Part shown: one piece after another, positions 35,401 to 44,689 of the stretch
Position numbering within the stretch: position 1 is the first letter of the stretch
Layout: each line of letters opens with the position of its first letter
DNA from: a virus
DNA length: 64,000 nt
IMG/VR virus record: IMGVR_UViG_3300045988_111426
Reading direction: 5' to 3' (one strand)
Translations under genes and position numbers: made by a program
Notes under the pieces: generated by a model
Database searches by the model: none
What the model was told of the DNA's origin: nothing
Seen by the model: the letters and a program-made list of their open reading frames with translations, nothing else

Positions 35401-38400
35401 TCCTTGTTATAGATTCTCTTCGACCAGTTGTTCATGAACTCTTCGTTCAAGACGTTCAAGACGTATTCTTTCGACATCACAGATCTGATCTTCTGTGCTG
35501 TTTCTTGAAGTTCGTTCTGAAGTGCCTGTCTTACGAGTTTCCAAAGTTCGGAATCATGACCTGCGTAAGCAAAGTTCTGAATCGATGCGTCGTATGTGTC
35601 TTGGTCGATATCATAATCGTAGATGAGCTTACCATCATTACGAACACCAAGTATAGTATCGTTGTCGTAAGGGATAAAGTACCAAATGTTACCATCCCAC
35701 GTGGCGAACATCATGTTCTTCACTCTCTGGTCGACCATCATGAAGTATTCAGTCATCACGTACCAACCACAGAGGAAGTTGATATCGAAGTAATCTCTCA
35801 CTTCACGCTTGAACTTATCGGGGCGACCCACACAAGACTTGATCCAGCTCCACAATCTTCGAACGTGTCTTTGTCTATCGCCTGCCTGCTCCCAAGTCAT
35901 ATCTTCGGGATATCGGAACTCGAGACCATTCTTGAAGTGTGTGTTCATGTCGTCAGTTTGGAACAGCCCCACAGCATTCGAGTTGTTGAGGAATTCCAAA
36001 CACGTACAACTATCGCCACTGAATCCATAGACGTGGTCAGATTTCGCCTTGTCGTTGTTGAAGTTATACTTGCCGATGTATTTGACATTTCCATCGAGAT
36101 TATCAACGAACATATCGCAAGGCTGACCGTCAACACCTATGCGAACATTGATATCCTGCTTCTGAGGTGGAACGAGGAATCCACACTGCTTGAAGACATC
36201 GTTGACGATGATTGCAACACCAGAGTTGTGGGTAGATGATGATTCAGCAAAGTCGGCTTTCATTGTGAATAGACCTACCTCTGGAGAATTTGGCTTGAAG
36301 GCATACTTTCGCTTTTCCTTGAGGACACCACCCACAGTAAGCGTGTTCTCGGCATCCTTCTTCTTGACATCAAAGTAGAGACGGTAGTTTTTACGTGGAT
36401 AAGTCGTCGATGATGTCCCCTGTATTCTCACTCTACCATGTCTGAGTTCAAATGAGAACTCTTTCCCAAACTTTGAGAAGAAGTCGACATCAAGCGGAAC
36501 TTCGAACTTCTTGTTATTGGTCTTGTCTACAAGAGCGATATCTGCCTTCATCTTCATCACAGATTTTCCCTTTGCGAGAAGTTTCTGCATAGAGACCGCA
36601 CCAGAATCATCAAGAACGTCGTTATCTCTGTAAAGTCTGACAATGTCACTGGGGTTCGGTCTGTCAATGATGTAGTTCATCAAGATTTCATCATCTTGAA
36701 GAGCACGATCATAGATTCTGACAGTTCGAAGATCGACATTTGCAGACGATGAATCCACGACAATGTTTCTGGGTGTTTGATGGAGGATTGAATCGGTGGA
36801 AGGGTACTGTACTGCACCACAACGAACACCATCGACGTAGATTTCAAGGATTCTCGTCTCTGTCTTCTTGGAAAGTACAAAAGTGATCTTGTAGAATCTA
36901 CCAGTGGAGAACTTCGTTTCGACATAAACACCGCTTGATGTCTGGATTCTGGCGGAGATTGGCGTGATAGAAATCCCAACGCCATTGTCAAGAGAATGGA
37001 TGATTGATGATGTTTTATCAGAGATCGTGTTGGTAGAGAATTCGAATTCGAAAGTCTTCCCAGTGATCGTCGGGTCAGTTTCAAATGGTTTATGGTTTAT
37101 TTCTATTCTTGCACCATTTACAAGAGAAAGTGAACCGTTCTTCCAACCCGACGATGAGAAGTTGACGTTATGGAATTCGGTCGAGATCCCCTTATAAGTC
37201 CAAACTGCAGGGTTCGATTCAGTGTTAGAACGACCTCCAGACATAAGTTCCAAGGACATGCTGTCGACAACCTTGTCGATGTCCATTGATGATCTTTCAA
37301 TGACGACTGGGAGGGAGAAAGTGTCGGAAGACGTTTTAATAGAGATCGTCTTTGGAGAGCGGTCGATGAATCTGTTCGTATAAGTTTGATCTATACGGTC
37401 AACGATGATTGAAGATTCTTGATCACCAACCGAAAGATGAATGTTTGCTTTTGCTTTTGAAGGATCGTAGACGTAATAGTTGAACGAGAATTCCTCAAAC
37501 TGGGAGACGACCATCTTGATCTGTTCGCCTGCGTCATAAGTTCTGCCGACCTTGTCATCAAACATAAACAGCGCAAACGGCTTATAAAGATCAACACCTC
37601 TGCGAAGGTGGAAGATTATCGAGTTTGAATGGATCGTCGTACCTGGGACTGACACATCAGTGGTCAAGGTCATCGTATGGATACCAGGTACAATAGAACC
37701 TGCAGGAATCGAGAATGACCCATTTGTGACACCACTCTTCGTGACTGATTGTGATTGAAGCTGTGTGCCATCCATGAGAAGTTTCACATTTTTATCACCT
37801 GCACCAGTTACACGGAAAGGAATGATTATCGTGTCTGCGGATTCATATCCTTGTCCATTTGTGGAGAGCTTGTACGAAGTTTCAAGACGAATGTCGTAAA
37901 CTCTCAATGACTGATACGTTTGCTTCGTCTTTGTTTCTCCTTCTTCGTCTCTGATTGTACACTTTACGTAAATGTCTATCGTACCTTCTCGGAGATAGTC
38001 GTTAATGTCGACACCATAAGTGCCTGCAGAGACATCTTCGTAAGTCTTTGTGAACAGCGTAAGTGCACCATTTTTGATCGTGACTTCAATCTTTGCACGT
38101 ATACCGACCGATTCACCATCGGCATTTTTGTAGTCGTAGGTGTAAGAGAATGTGGAAGTATCACCAAGGCGAATGTGCTTCTTGGTGAGTTCGGACTGTA
38201 ATATAAGCTTTGACTTCTGTATCTGGCCACCGCCACCTCCTCCACCTCCTGCAGGGATAGTCACAGATCCGAACTTCTCACCACGAACTTCGTCATAAAG
38301 AGAAAGAACAACGGATTGACCGTCTTCGGAGAGTTCTGCATCGAGTGAGGAGACCGAGTGTCTCTTCAGTTTCCCGATTTCTTGCGCAACTATAGCATTG

Positions 38401-39455
38401 GAAATTGGAGATTGTGAATTCTCGTCAAGTTCAACATCGACTGGGATTTTCACCACACCATCCTCGTTTGGTAGGATTTCGGGATCAGTACCGATTTGTA
38501 CCGATTTGACGCTACCTTTACCTGCGTCAATTCTTACAGTACCATCTTCCGAAGGTGTAAGTTCGTTTCCATTCACAACGATCTTTTGAATAGGTGCAGA
38601 CGGAACGATGATTCTTCTGTATGATCCGTTTGCACTGAGGAACATATCAGGTTCACCATCGTTCTTGATGATAGAAACCTTAAGTTTTTCCTCATCAGTG
38701 AATCTGTTCCCAAGCGTCTGTGAAAGTTTCCCAACCTCGATCCATCTGTCATCAGAATCTGTGGCTGTGGGATTATAGGAGAAGAGCTTTCCGTTATGTT
38801 CGTACCCAGAATTCGCCTTGTTGTAGATAGCGACAAGGTTTCCATCTTCGAGAGGTTCTCCCTTGTCACTGACAGGGTTCGTGGTCGATCGCATATCTTC
38901 AAGGGTGGAGAATGTTCTGAGAATCCCCATCTTGTAAGACTTGAGCTTTCCTTCAAAGTCCTTTACCAGCTTTGCGAATTCGTTATTTTTCTCTGTGAAG
39001 AAGTTCTGTATGTCTTGAATGATCCCTTCCTTCGTGAAGTTAGTAAGGTTTCTATCACAGATTATGACATCTCGAGTCTCCTTGACGTAAATGATCGAGG
39101 TACGACGAACTTCAACATCAAGGTCTTCATATTCCGAGATGTTGTTGAGTATCATAAACGTCACGTTCTTGCCTTGTTCACCAGACCATTGTTGAACAAT
39201 GTCAAGAATACCAGTAGATCCGACGACAGAATCTGGCTCAACGACGTATCTTCCGTTTTGAACGTCATATCTCAAAACGTACTTTACGTTTCCGAGTGGA
39301 TCTTGTGGCAGTTTCAGATTTTCAAGAAATAAACCAGTGTATTGGTTTATCTTCTGAATCATAATATCTACTACACCAAAATTCTCGTTTATTATCTTTC
39401 TTGATTCCTCAAGAGAGTTGTCTACAGATACTTTCTTTATGGATTGAGTTGCCAT
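32433..39455 (-). CDS. giant (2340 aa) tail fibre/adhesin-like protein with LamG-like, CotH-like and leucine-rich-repeat regions
   Basis: N-terminus SLEESRKIINENFGVVD (fibre-type xINxNF). Gly8 at aa 403-410. The LamG/ConA-like block ends VDLRTVRIYDRALQDDEILMNYI (aa ~770-930). CotH-like VRIQGTSSTTYPRKNYRLYFD ... DQRVKNMMFATWDGNIWYFIPYDNDTILG (aa ~990-1400). LRRs LKKLDLSCADTNTTLQSLTLTGCQNLEELNVQGL... (aa ~1480-1640). Late box at 39464..39480. Confidence 0.65.
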   Translation of the reverse strand: MATQSIKKVSVDNSLEESRKIINENFGVVDIMIQKINQYTGLFLENLKLPQDPLGNVKYVLRYDVQNGRYVVEPDSVVGSTGILDIVQQWSGEQGKNVTFMILNNISEYEDLDVEVRRTSIIYVKETRDVIICDRNLTNFTKEGIIQDIQNFFTEKNNEFAKLVKDFEGKLKSYKMGILRTFSTLEDMRSTTNPVSDKGEPLEDGNLVAIYNKANSGYEHNGKLFSYNPTATDSDDRWIEVGKLSQTLGNRFTDEEKLKVSIIKNDGEPDMFLSANGSYRRIIVPSAPIQKIVVNGNELTPSEDGTVRIDAGKGSVKSVQIGTDPEILPNEDGVVKIPVDVELDENSQSPISNAIVAQEIGKLKRHSVSSLDAELSEDGQSVVLSLYDEVRGEKFGSVTIPAGGGGGGGGQIQKSKLILQSELTKKHIRLGDTSTFSYTYDYKNADGESVGIRAKIEVTIKNGALTLFTKTYEDVSAGTYGVDINDYLREGTIDIYVKCTIRDEEGETKTKQTYQSLRVYDIRLETSYKLSTNGQGYESADTIIIPFRVTGAGDKNVKLLMDGTQLQSQSVTKSGVTNGSFSIPAGSIVPGIHTMTLTTDVSVPGTTIHSNSIIFHLRRGVDLYKPFALFMFDDKVGRTYDAGEQIKMVVSQFEEFSFNYYVYDPSKAKANIHLSVGDQESSIIVDRIDQTYTNRFIDRSPKTISIKTSSDTFSLPVVIERSSMDIDKVVDSMSLELMSGGRSNTESNPAVWTYKGISTEFHNVNFSSSGWKNGSLSLVNGARIEINHKPFETDPTITGKTFEFEFSTNTISDKTSSIIHSLDNGVGISITPISARIQTSSGVYVETKFSTGRFYKITFVLSKKTETRILEIYVDGVRCGAVQYPSTDSILHQTPRNIVVDSSSANVDLRTVRIYDRALQDDEILMNYIIDRPNPSDIVRLYRDNDVLDDSGAVSMQKLLAKGKSVMKMKADIALVDKTNNKKFEVPLDVDFFSKFGKEFSFELRHGRVRIQGTSSTTYPRKNYRLYFDVKKKDAENTLTVGGVLKEKRKYAFKPNSPEVGLFTMKADFAESSSTHNSGVAIIVNDVFKQCGFLVPPQKQDINVRIGVDGQPCDMFVDNLDGNVKYIGKYNFNNDKAKSDHVYGFSGDSCTCLEFLNNSNAVGLFQTDDMNTHFKNGLEFRYPEDMTWEQAGDRQRHVRRLWSWIKSCVGRPDKFKREVRDYFDINFLCGWYVMTEYFMMVDQRVKNMMFATWDGNIWYFIPYDNDTILGVRNDGKLIYDYDIDQDTYDASIQNFAYAGHDSELWKLVRQALQNELQETAQKIRSVMSKEYVLNVLNEEFMNNWSKRIYNKDSEHKYIKPLLENNLDYLYSLQGNRESHRQYIINNRFDLLDAKYLAGTYRSDNIRIYFSHNFSQDNKEIHIKASEQYNFGYGFTSGAPKQSGILANEKNGYKVSLRFFMDLIVNDPQFIYGASRMQEIDFREVSKYILNNIDFSSCKTLKKLDLSCADTNTTLQSLTLTGCQNLEELNVQGLQSDNFTSLDLSGNIRLRKFDGRRTKLQSISFASGSLIEELWLPRTFTFLQLRGLRNLRWENIHFEDKSKITKLWIENCDNIRWEDIIQEFPNLQNIRIYGVSKKGRTDFFEKYKLMGGITIDGSLRRESGFVGKYELENFLEESELEKWQRQYPELSILQPEYSVIAVTESIVDNRGLKQNVLDPQRLSNLDNETGYLYNKPYVMSGHVKKIVENRRKYRGKEQERGKMVVFPLHDRHSGKYDTNENPDLCEVADIDVAESGGIWVHEPQSWRKGVYDYETDTDYFIWSSNLEEPRRPEGKKFDFVWFRQNAVKQIYVQPRNGCVGKNISQYLYKYRRSISDGSEGADYIGHVKIDVGGFKRVKFPMMHRGYHNEDNPAIGLTSPGSRRQPGGEYYYEKAWNVGACFTDADGKIIKFILLNNSDFSIMNPDFGCAVPADAKYLYTSILTDFLPHEVYEVWLTNSDSVADWEPDWTKQESMWVAHNPLVYSTNDKRKQSYPGIVNAKDHDNHLDTRYNKNQWVFKQGTSLCYHNNPNTVANFMRRHASYRSIDRIEAGYFWHLVISAYGRFDYANITGCSSSNIDSGREKFFTDPRIGVNDSRCIGTDGVYNRSRLQFVYDDEYGQKHFNPYSQSQILCYGWMQSVVFMTQARNKDGVDYSGGSNMNHFKYWNGNRYSQWYGIIAVQKSTTYSPVGSKDVYVIDWESSNNGRNAPVRTVNSGKKLSIVPRSYTGATDFNGCCLYYDHNNSYDRFGNDEYNYVKWKTFGWETYVPIFLGNVVISNNLEEFKSLKHYKFLYDERFVPDDN

Positions 39456-39463
39456 TCTTCAAC

Positions 39464-39480
39464 ATATTTCGTTATTTACC
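39464..39480 (-). promoter_or_regulatory. late-type box (GGTAAATAACGAAATAT)
   Basis: 8 nt upstream of ATG 39455. Confidence 0.55.
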
Positions 39481-39498
39481 GATATGGGCGGATACGGA

Positions 39499-39534
39499 AA
39501 GTCCCACCAGAGGACTTTACCAATGGTGGGACTT
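39499..39534 (-). terminator. terminator after 39540..41972
   Basis: AAGTCCCACC / GGTGGGACTT 10-bp stem. Confidence 0.55.
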
Positions 39535-39539
39535 ACTTT

Positions 39540-41972
39540 TTATTGTACGTGTTTTACGTATCTGTCATAATCATCACCTGATATCACATTCACAAAGTTG
39601 TGTTTCACACAAAGAGAACTATTGCCCGCATTGTCGAATATCTCACATTCTACTGTGTAGTTTCCTACCTTTTGGAATGTGTAACACATAACGAGAGAGT
39701 TAGTGAGCGTGAGAACTTCGATATCTCCTTGTTTTATCTTCCAGTTTGCGTTCACTATCCCATCAATGTAAGATTCATCAACACTGAAGAAGATCGGGTG
39801 GAATGGTGCAACGAAGAATGATTGTTCGTATATGTTCGTGTTGTTCCACTTGAAAGGATAATCAACACTTGCTTTATATTCTGCACGAAGACCTTCTACA
39901 CGAAGATTAATGTCCTCGTAAACCATTCTATGGGAGACGATCTCAATAAACGAGGTGTCCCACTCTCGGTAGATCACGTTGAACTCTCGGAGATCTATCT
40001 GATGACGAATGTCTTCATATAAATCACGCATCGTTTGTCTTTCACGCATTTCACCACTGAGAGTGAAAAGTTTTGATTGCAAGGAATATCTTCCTTGTGT
40101 GAATGAATGAATAATGATCGAAGGGTATCTTATACCAGACAGATTCAAATCATCCCAAGAGCGAATACCAAAGTCAGATATCTTGAACTCTGATTTTCGA
40201 TAGTTCATTCTTCGGAATCCAAGCGAGGGATCTTTGAGCATGTGAAGTCTTTCATATTCGTGAATCTTTGAAGACAAGAATCTCAGACGAGCATCACTCA
40301 TCCTCTGATGCTTTTGTATTACCTTGCTTGGATGAGACTTGAAGAAAGCGAGGAAGTTGGGGATCTTCTGTCTCACTTCGAACATCTTCTTCTTTTTGAA
40401 GATTTCTTCACCACCATAGTACTCGTAGACGATCTTCACATCGTAGACACCTTTTCGATTAACGAGAATCTTGATTTCGCTCGTGGAAGGTGAAAACTCA
40501 CCAGTTATTCGAAAATCACCATCTTTCAGTTCATATGTTGCTCTGTAATATTGATAATAGTCAACATCTCCCCATGTTGCACCTACATCTTTGAAGTTTT
40601 CCCAGTTCGTGGGAACATCTTCATACCTGCGATTGAAACTATCGTTTTGAAGTGTCACTTCGACACCTATCTTTGATTTCCTGCTCCCAGTTACAAAAGT
40701 GTCGTGGAATCCCTTATAGCCAATCGATGCACCGATGATAGAAGTCGCTATCGACGAAAGCTTTCTCGTTCCAATTGATGATAGTTTTGGATTTCCTTGA
40801 AGGTCTGTATCTGCAACGTACAGAGAATCGTTACGTGTATCTTGGAGATAGTAAACACGTCGATCTGTGGTTATTATATGAGATCTTGATTTTACATTTT
40901 GCGTATGTTCATGTTCTGACCAAGAAGTGGTGATCTTGTATTTTCCAAAGAATACGAATTCTCCTATGATGTCGACGATATCTGAAATACCACCAATTTC
41001 TCTGTCTTCGATCCACTTCTTGATACCAAACAGCTTTATAACAATCTCATCGACTGTAAACAAGAAGTTGTCTTTAACTACTGGAAGTCCTTGATCATCA
41101 TAAAGATCATCCACGACCGAGTTATACTCAAAGAATAGACCAAACTTTGAAGTTTTCTGAAGTCGAGAGTAGTCCATCGATTTCTCTGAGAGATCTTCAT
41201 AGACGAACTTCCCAGTTTTTGGATTTAGCCAATATTCCTTAATCTTGAGGTCTTGGAAATCGAACAGGTTCAAGACACCTCTCACACCTTTATGAGCGGA
41301 GAAATATGGCTTGATGTTGTGCATTTCTATCAAGAATTCCTTACGCTTCCGATTAAGAATAGAAACGTCCGCCACGTCACCGTCCGTGGGATGCGTTCTG
41401 AATAGAAATGCGTCATCTTTAGAAAGATACTCTCCAAAATCGGCAAGTCTGTCGATGAATCTTTCATCTTCCTCTTCAACGAAGATTTGTGCGGTCAGTT
41501 CAATCGCTATTTCTCCGTCAAGTTCAATAACAAGAATATCCTCGATAAAACCACCTTCGGAAGATGTCGCCATTACCTGCAAGCACTTCGGTGTTGCAAA
41601 AATGTCACGAATCTCAACGATATCTTCTCCGAAAGTTGCTGTTTTATCTTCCTTAAAATCTGCTTCAAAAGTGTCGAAAAGTCTTATCTCTGGCTCCGAT
41701 TCATAAGGTGATCCAACATCGAAGAACTTGAATTTCCCTTCGTGCATTTTACACTTCACATGTCTGAACGAACGAACATCATCATATTCGATCTCGTCAT
41801 AGATCTTGACTTTCTCCATGAAGTACAAAGATTGTGTTTCAACCAGTCCTGCACTTGTCTTTGAAAATACAAGATCACCTTGAAGAAGGTCAAGTTCTTC
41901 ATTGTACTCAAGATCTATGATTTCTCCATTTTTTTGGAATAGCGTTATGTTCTTTAATCGATTCAGAGACAT
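39540..41972 (-). CDS. late structural protein with C-terminal PKD-like domain(s)
   Basis: 810 aa. The C-terminus NWKIKQGDIEVLTLTNSLVMCYTFQKVGNYTVECEIFDNAGNSSLCVKHNFVNV fits the PKD pattern (f.F.k.G.YtV.l.v.D..G). Late box at 41983..41999. Confidence 0.55.
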   Translation of the reverse strand: MSLNRLKNITLFQKNGEIIDLEYNEELDLLQGDLVFSKTSAGLVETQSLYFMEKVKIYDEIEYDDVRSFRHVKCKMHEGKFKFFDVGSPYESEPEIRLFDTFEADFKEDKTATFGEDIVEIRDIFATPKCLQVMATSSEGGFIEDILVIELDGEIAIELTAQIFVEEEDERFIDRLADFGEYLSKDDAFLFRTHPTDGDVADVSILNRKRKEFLIEMHNIKPYFSAHKGVRGVLNLFDFQDLKIKEYWLNPKTGKFVYEDLSEKSMDYSRLQKTSKFGLFFEYNSVVDDLYDDQGLPVVKDNFLFTVDEIVIKLFGIKKWIEDREIGGISDIVDIIGEFVFFGKYKITTSWSEHEHTQNVKSRSHIITTDRRVYYLQDTRNDSLYVADTDLQGNPKLSSIGTRKLSSIATSIIGASIGYKGFHDTFVTGSRKSKIGVEVTLQNDSFNRRYEDVPTNWENFKDVGATWGDVDYYQYYRATYELKDGDFRITGEFSPSTSEIKILVNRKGVYDVKIVYEYYGGEEIFKKKKMFEVRQKIPNFLAFFKSHPSKVIQKHQRMSDARLRFLSSKIHEYERLHMLKDPSLGFRRMNYRKSEFKISDFGIRSWDDLNLSGIRYPSIIIHSFTQGRYSLQSKLFTLSGEMRERQTMRDLYEDIRHQIDLREFNVIYREWDTSFIEIVSHRMVYEDINLRVEGLRAEYKASVDYPFKWNNTNIYEQSFFVAPFHPIFFSVDESYIDGIVNANWKIKQGDIEVLTLTNSLVMCYTFQKVGNYTVECEIFDNAGNSSLCVKHNFVNVISGDDYDRYVKHVQ

Positions 41973-41982
41973 ATTTTGGAGG

Positions 41983-41999
41983 ATATTTGCTTATTTACC
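41983..41999 (-). promoter_or_regulatory. late-type box (GGTAAATAAGCAAATAT)
   Basis: 10 nt upstream of ATG 41972. Confidence 0.55.
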
Positions 42000-42003
42000 G
42001 ACC

Positions 42004-42012
42004 TATATAAAC
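42004..42012 (+). promoter_or_regulatory. late-like box TATATAAAC, back-to-back with 41983..41999
   Basis: 31 nt upstream of ATG 42044. Confidence 0.4.
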
Positions 42013-42043
42013 GGAAACAAGAAGAAAAAACAAAAGAACCGCT

Positions 42044-42652
42044 ATGAAGTACGATATGATGAAGATAATCAGTGCTGTCGAGAAAGTAGGTGGTGAAATC
42101 GATAGAACACCCGTCTTTCTCAACATTGTCGGCATCCGTGATTTATCGAATCCAAACACATGGAACGATACCTGTGTTTATTTCAGATTTAACGAGAAGG
42201 GTGAAATAGAAATCCGTGAGATTCTCGAGTTCACGACAGACCCAGGTATTGACAATCTCCAAAAGCCACTTAACCCACAAGGATGCGCTATTCTTAAGCG
42301 TGGATATCATAAAGACCTATGGCAGATCGGTCTGCACCAAGGGAAATATGAAGCACTCAGACAGGTATCTCCCACTCACGTCCATAGAGATAACAACAAA
42401 GATTCCAAGCATGATCTCGTAGGGGATGACTTTGGGGTGTTTGGTATAAACTTCCATCGAGCATCCTCTCAGAAGCTTGTACCAGTTGTTGGTCTCTATT
42501 CTGCAGGTTGTCAAGTGGTGAGAAACATTAACGATTTCTCCAAGTTCATGCAGTGGGCAAATCAAGCCAAGAAAGCAGGACAGAAGGCATTCTCCTACAC
42601 GCTTCTGACCGTGGAAGATCTGAACTCTATGGAAGATATCAAACCAGAATAA
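42044..42652 (+). CDS. putative peptidoglycan-active enzyme (YkuD/L,D-peptidase-like catalytic motif); candidate endolysin
   Basis: FGINFHRASSQKLVPVVGLYSAGCQVVRNINDF resembles the H-x(~17)-S-x-G-C-(I/V)-R motif of the YkuD fold. An upstream TTDPG block is present. It is an isolated plus-strand gene with a TATATAAAC box (42004..42012) and a strong terminator (42678..42716). Confidence 0.4.
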   Translation: MKYDMMKIISAVEKVGGEIDRTPVFLNIVGIRDLSNPNTWNDTCVYFRFNEKGEIEIREILEFTTDPGIDNLQKPLNPQGCAILKRGYHKDLWQIGLHQGKYEALRQVSPTHVHRDNNKDSKHDLVGDDFGVFGINFHRASSQKLVPVVGLYSAGCQVVRNINDFSKFMQWANQAKKAGQKAFSYTLLTVEDLNSMEDIKPE

Positions 42653-42677
42653 CAAAGGTTGTCTAAAATAGACATTA

Positions 42678-42716
42678 AGCCCCGATCATCAACCGTATGG
42701 AAGATGATCGGGGCTT
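42678..42716 (+). terminator. rho-independent terminator of 42044..42652
   Basis: AGCCCCGATCATC / GATGATCGGGGCT 13-bp stem followed by TTCTTTTATT. Confidence 0.75.
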
Positions 42717-42741
42717 TCTTTTATTCTCCGAACTCAAGGAA

Positions 42742-42816
42742 GGTACTTTCCTTGCACTCTCTTTTTCCTTGAATACTTTCACACCCAAGAACTTCATAGA
42801 GCGCAAGGAAAGTACC
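42742..42816 (+). promoter_or_regulatory. cassette E7
   Basis: TTG 42752-42754, N19, TACTTTCA 42774-42781, N21, GCAAGGAAAGTACC 42803-42816. Perfect 14-bp arms. Confidence 0.5.
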
Positions 42817-42928
42817 TCGTCTTCATTTTAGTTTTAAAGACAACTTTCTCATGAAAACAATCGGGTGAATGATGAAAAAGAGAACGATAAATCTTAAAAT
42901 TGTTATCATACTTTTAGGTGGAAGTTAA

Positions 42929-43495
42929 CTATTCCTTAGGATTTATAACTTCTTCGTCTTCTGTCTTTTCATCTACCACAACTGACATCTTCTCTATGAA
43001 TTCGAGAGCTATCAATTCTGCAACTTGCCAATCAGTCTTCCAAGGATGCTTTACAAATCCAGTAAAGAAGACATAAACGTAGTCATCTTTATCTGACGGT
43101 TTTACTTTTTCGACATAGTTCTTCAAGATAAAAGACGCAAGTTCACGACATTTGTCCTCTTCCACAAACTCTTGTATCTCCTTGAAGAAGTCAAGATGGA
43201 ACATAACGTCTTCGGGTTCGAGTTCTTTATCACGTGAATAGAAAACCACAGATTTCCGTGTTTCTCTGTACAACTCAAACACGTATCTTTCTTCAATATC
43301 TCCGTTTATGAGTGTGGATTTATCAATTTGTCGGTAATACTTGTTAATGTATGAGCAGATGATATCAACACCTCTATCTGAGGGGTTAAACTTCGCCATT
43401 AAGAAATCTTCAAGTCTCACACCTTTGCTTTGTATGATAGAGTTGCAACTTTTAACAACTCTATCCACGAATTTTTCTACCTTGTTCATAAGCAA
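42929..43495 (-). CDS. hypothetical small acidic protein
   Basis: 188-aa ORF. No motif recognised. Confidence 0.5.
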   Translation of the reverse strand: MLMNKVEKFVDRVVKSCNSIIQSKGVRLEDFLMAKFNPSDRGVDIICSYINKYYRQIDKSTLINGDIEERYVFELYRETRKSVVFYSRDKELEPEDVMFHLDFFKEIQEFVEEDKCRELASFILKNYVEKVKPSDKDDYVYVFFTGFVKHPWKTDWQVAELIALEFIEKMSVVVDEKTEDEEVINPKE

Positions 43496-43518
43496 CGTTA
43501 ATAATGGTTAAAATACAT

Positions 43519-43561
43519 CGAGGGCTTTGCACGTACTTTTGTTATCCGTACAAAGCCCTCG
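43519..43561 (-). terminator. hairpin between 43573..44094 and 42929..43495
   Basis: CGAGGGCTTTG / CAAAGCCCTCG 11-bp stem (extendable with one mismatch). Confidence 0.5.
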
Positions 43562-43572
43562 AAGAGTTGTTG

Positions 43573-44094
43573 TTATCGATATCTATAAGAACCCTTCTGG
43601 CTCTGTTGAGGATACTTGCCTTCCATTGCGGAGGTTATCTCATCAAACAGTTCCTTCATGTTCTTTGAGAAATCTATCTTACAGAAAATCCAGATCATTC
43701 CTTCTTCAGACTTATCTTCTACAAAGTCAAAGAGGTTCTTGTAGAAGTATTCTCCTATGTCTTCACGAGAGTAGTTTGATTCATCCACCATCATTCTGAA
43801 GATCGGCATCTTTTCAAGTATACGATAGAAGATTTCATCGGGATTTTTCATATCCATCTCGGTACTTCCAGCAACACCCATGAATGACTGGTTGAACTTC
43901 TCCATGAGTTCTCTCACATCATAACCATCAATCTTGTCATCTACAACTTCAGACCCTTCTCCGACTTCGAGACCATATCTCACGGAAACCCACGTGTAGA
44001 ATGCACTTCTTCTGAATTTGGTGAAGTCACCACGCATTGACAAGAACTCTTCAAGAAGTTCCGTTGCTGATTCGAAAATTCTCAGTTTTTTCAT
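43573..44094 (-). CDS. hypothetical small acidic protein
   Basis: 173 aa. The N-terminus MKKLRIFE resembles the next ORF's MNKLKIFE. Confidence 0.5.
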   Translation of the reverse strand: MKKLRIFESATELLEEFLSMRGDFTKFRRSAFYTWVSVRYGLEVGEGSEVVDDKIDGYDVRELMEKFNQSFMGVAGSTEMDMKNPDEIFYRILEKMPIFRMMVDESNYSREDIGEYFYKNLFDFVEDKSEEGMIWIFCKIDFSKNMKELFDEITSAMEGKYPQQSQKGSYRYR

Positions 44095-44579
44095 TATCCT
44101 TTGTAGTATTCTTTAATGATTTCACGACAGATGTCCTTGATACCGAGATTGGGGTACTTTCTGTAGACATTAACGAAGATGTCCTTCGTTTCACGACCAT
44201 TTTCATGAGTGTAACTGAGGATATCAACGTAGTGATTGATGAAGTAGTTCACCATCTGTTGCTTGTCGATAGAAGGGTCTATTTCCAAGATGTAACTGAT
44301 ATAGCGACCAGATGAGATGACATAGACGAGATCATCATAGCTGTTGTATGTCCATTCATAAGCTTGGTTGACCTCATCGATGAGATTTCTGAAGTACTCT
44401 GTGCTTTTTTCTATTCCATCTACGATAGTGCCATCTTCCACAAAGTTCTCTTCATAGAAGAGGAGGTACTCATAAACGAGTGGTCTTGTCTCTTTACCCA
44501 TGCCGAACTTCTGTTCAAGAAGATCACCGACGTACATCCAGTCATCTTCTTGGTGTTCGAATATCTTCAGTTTATTCAT
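44094..44579 (-). CDS. hypothetical small acidic protein
   Basis: 161 aa. Its stop overlaps the next gene's start by 1 nt. It lies immediately downstream of the tRNA on the same strand. Confidence 0.5.
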   Translation of the reverse strand: MNKLKIFEHQEDDWMYVGDLLEQKFGMGKETRPLVYEYLLFYEENFVEDGTIVDGIEKSTEYFRNLIDEVNQAYEWTYNSYDDLVYVISSGRYISYILEIDPSIDKQQMVNYFINHYVDILSYTHENGRETKDIFVNVYRKYPNLGIKDICREIIKEYYKG

Positions 44580-44689
44580 TATTCCGTGGTTATTATTTCT
44601 TTATGTAACTGACCGATACGAATTGGGCTACAAACCTCGAGAGAGAGATCCGTAGACCAACAACCCTTATAAAAGTAATCAACAAATCG

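Noticed and set aside
44580-44689. A possible second tRNA next to tRNA-Arg.
   Set aside because: No GTTCGAATC-type T-arm or cloverleaf could be folded from either strand by eye. A tRNAscan-SE or ARAGORN run should confirm.
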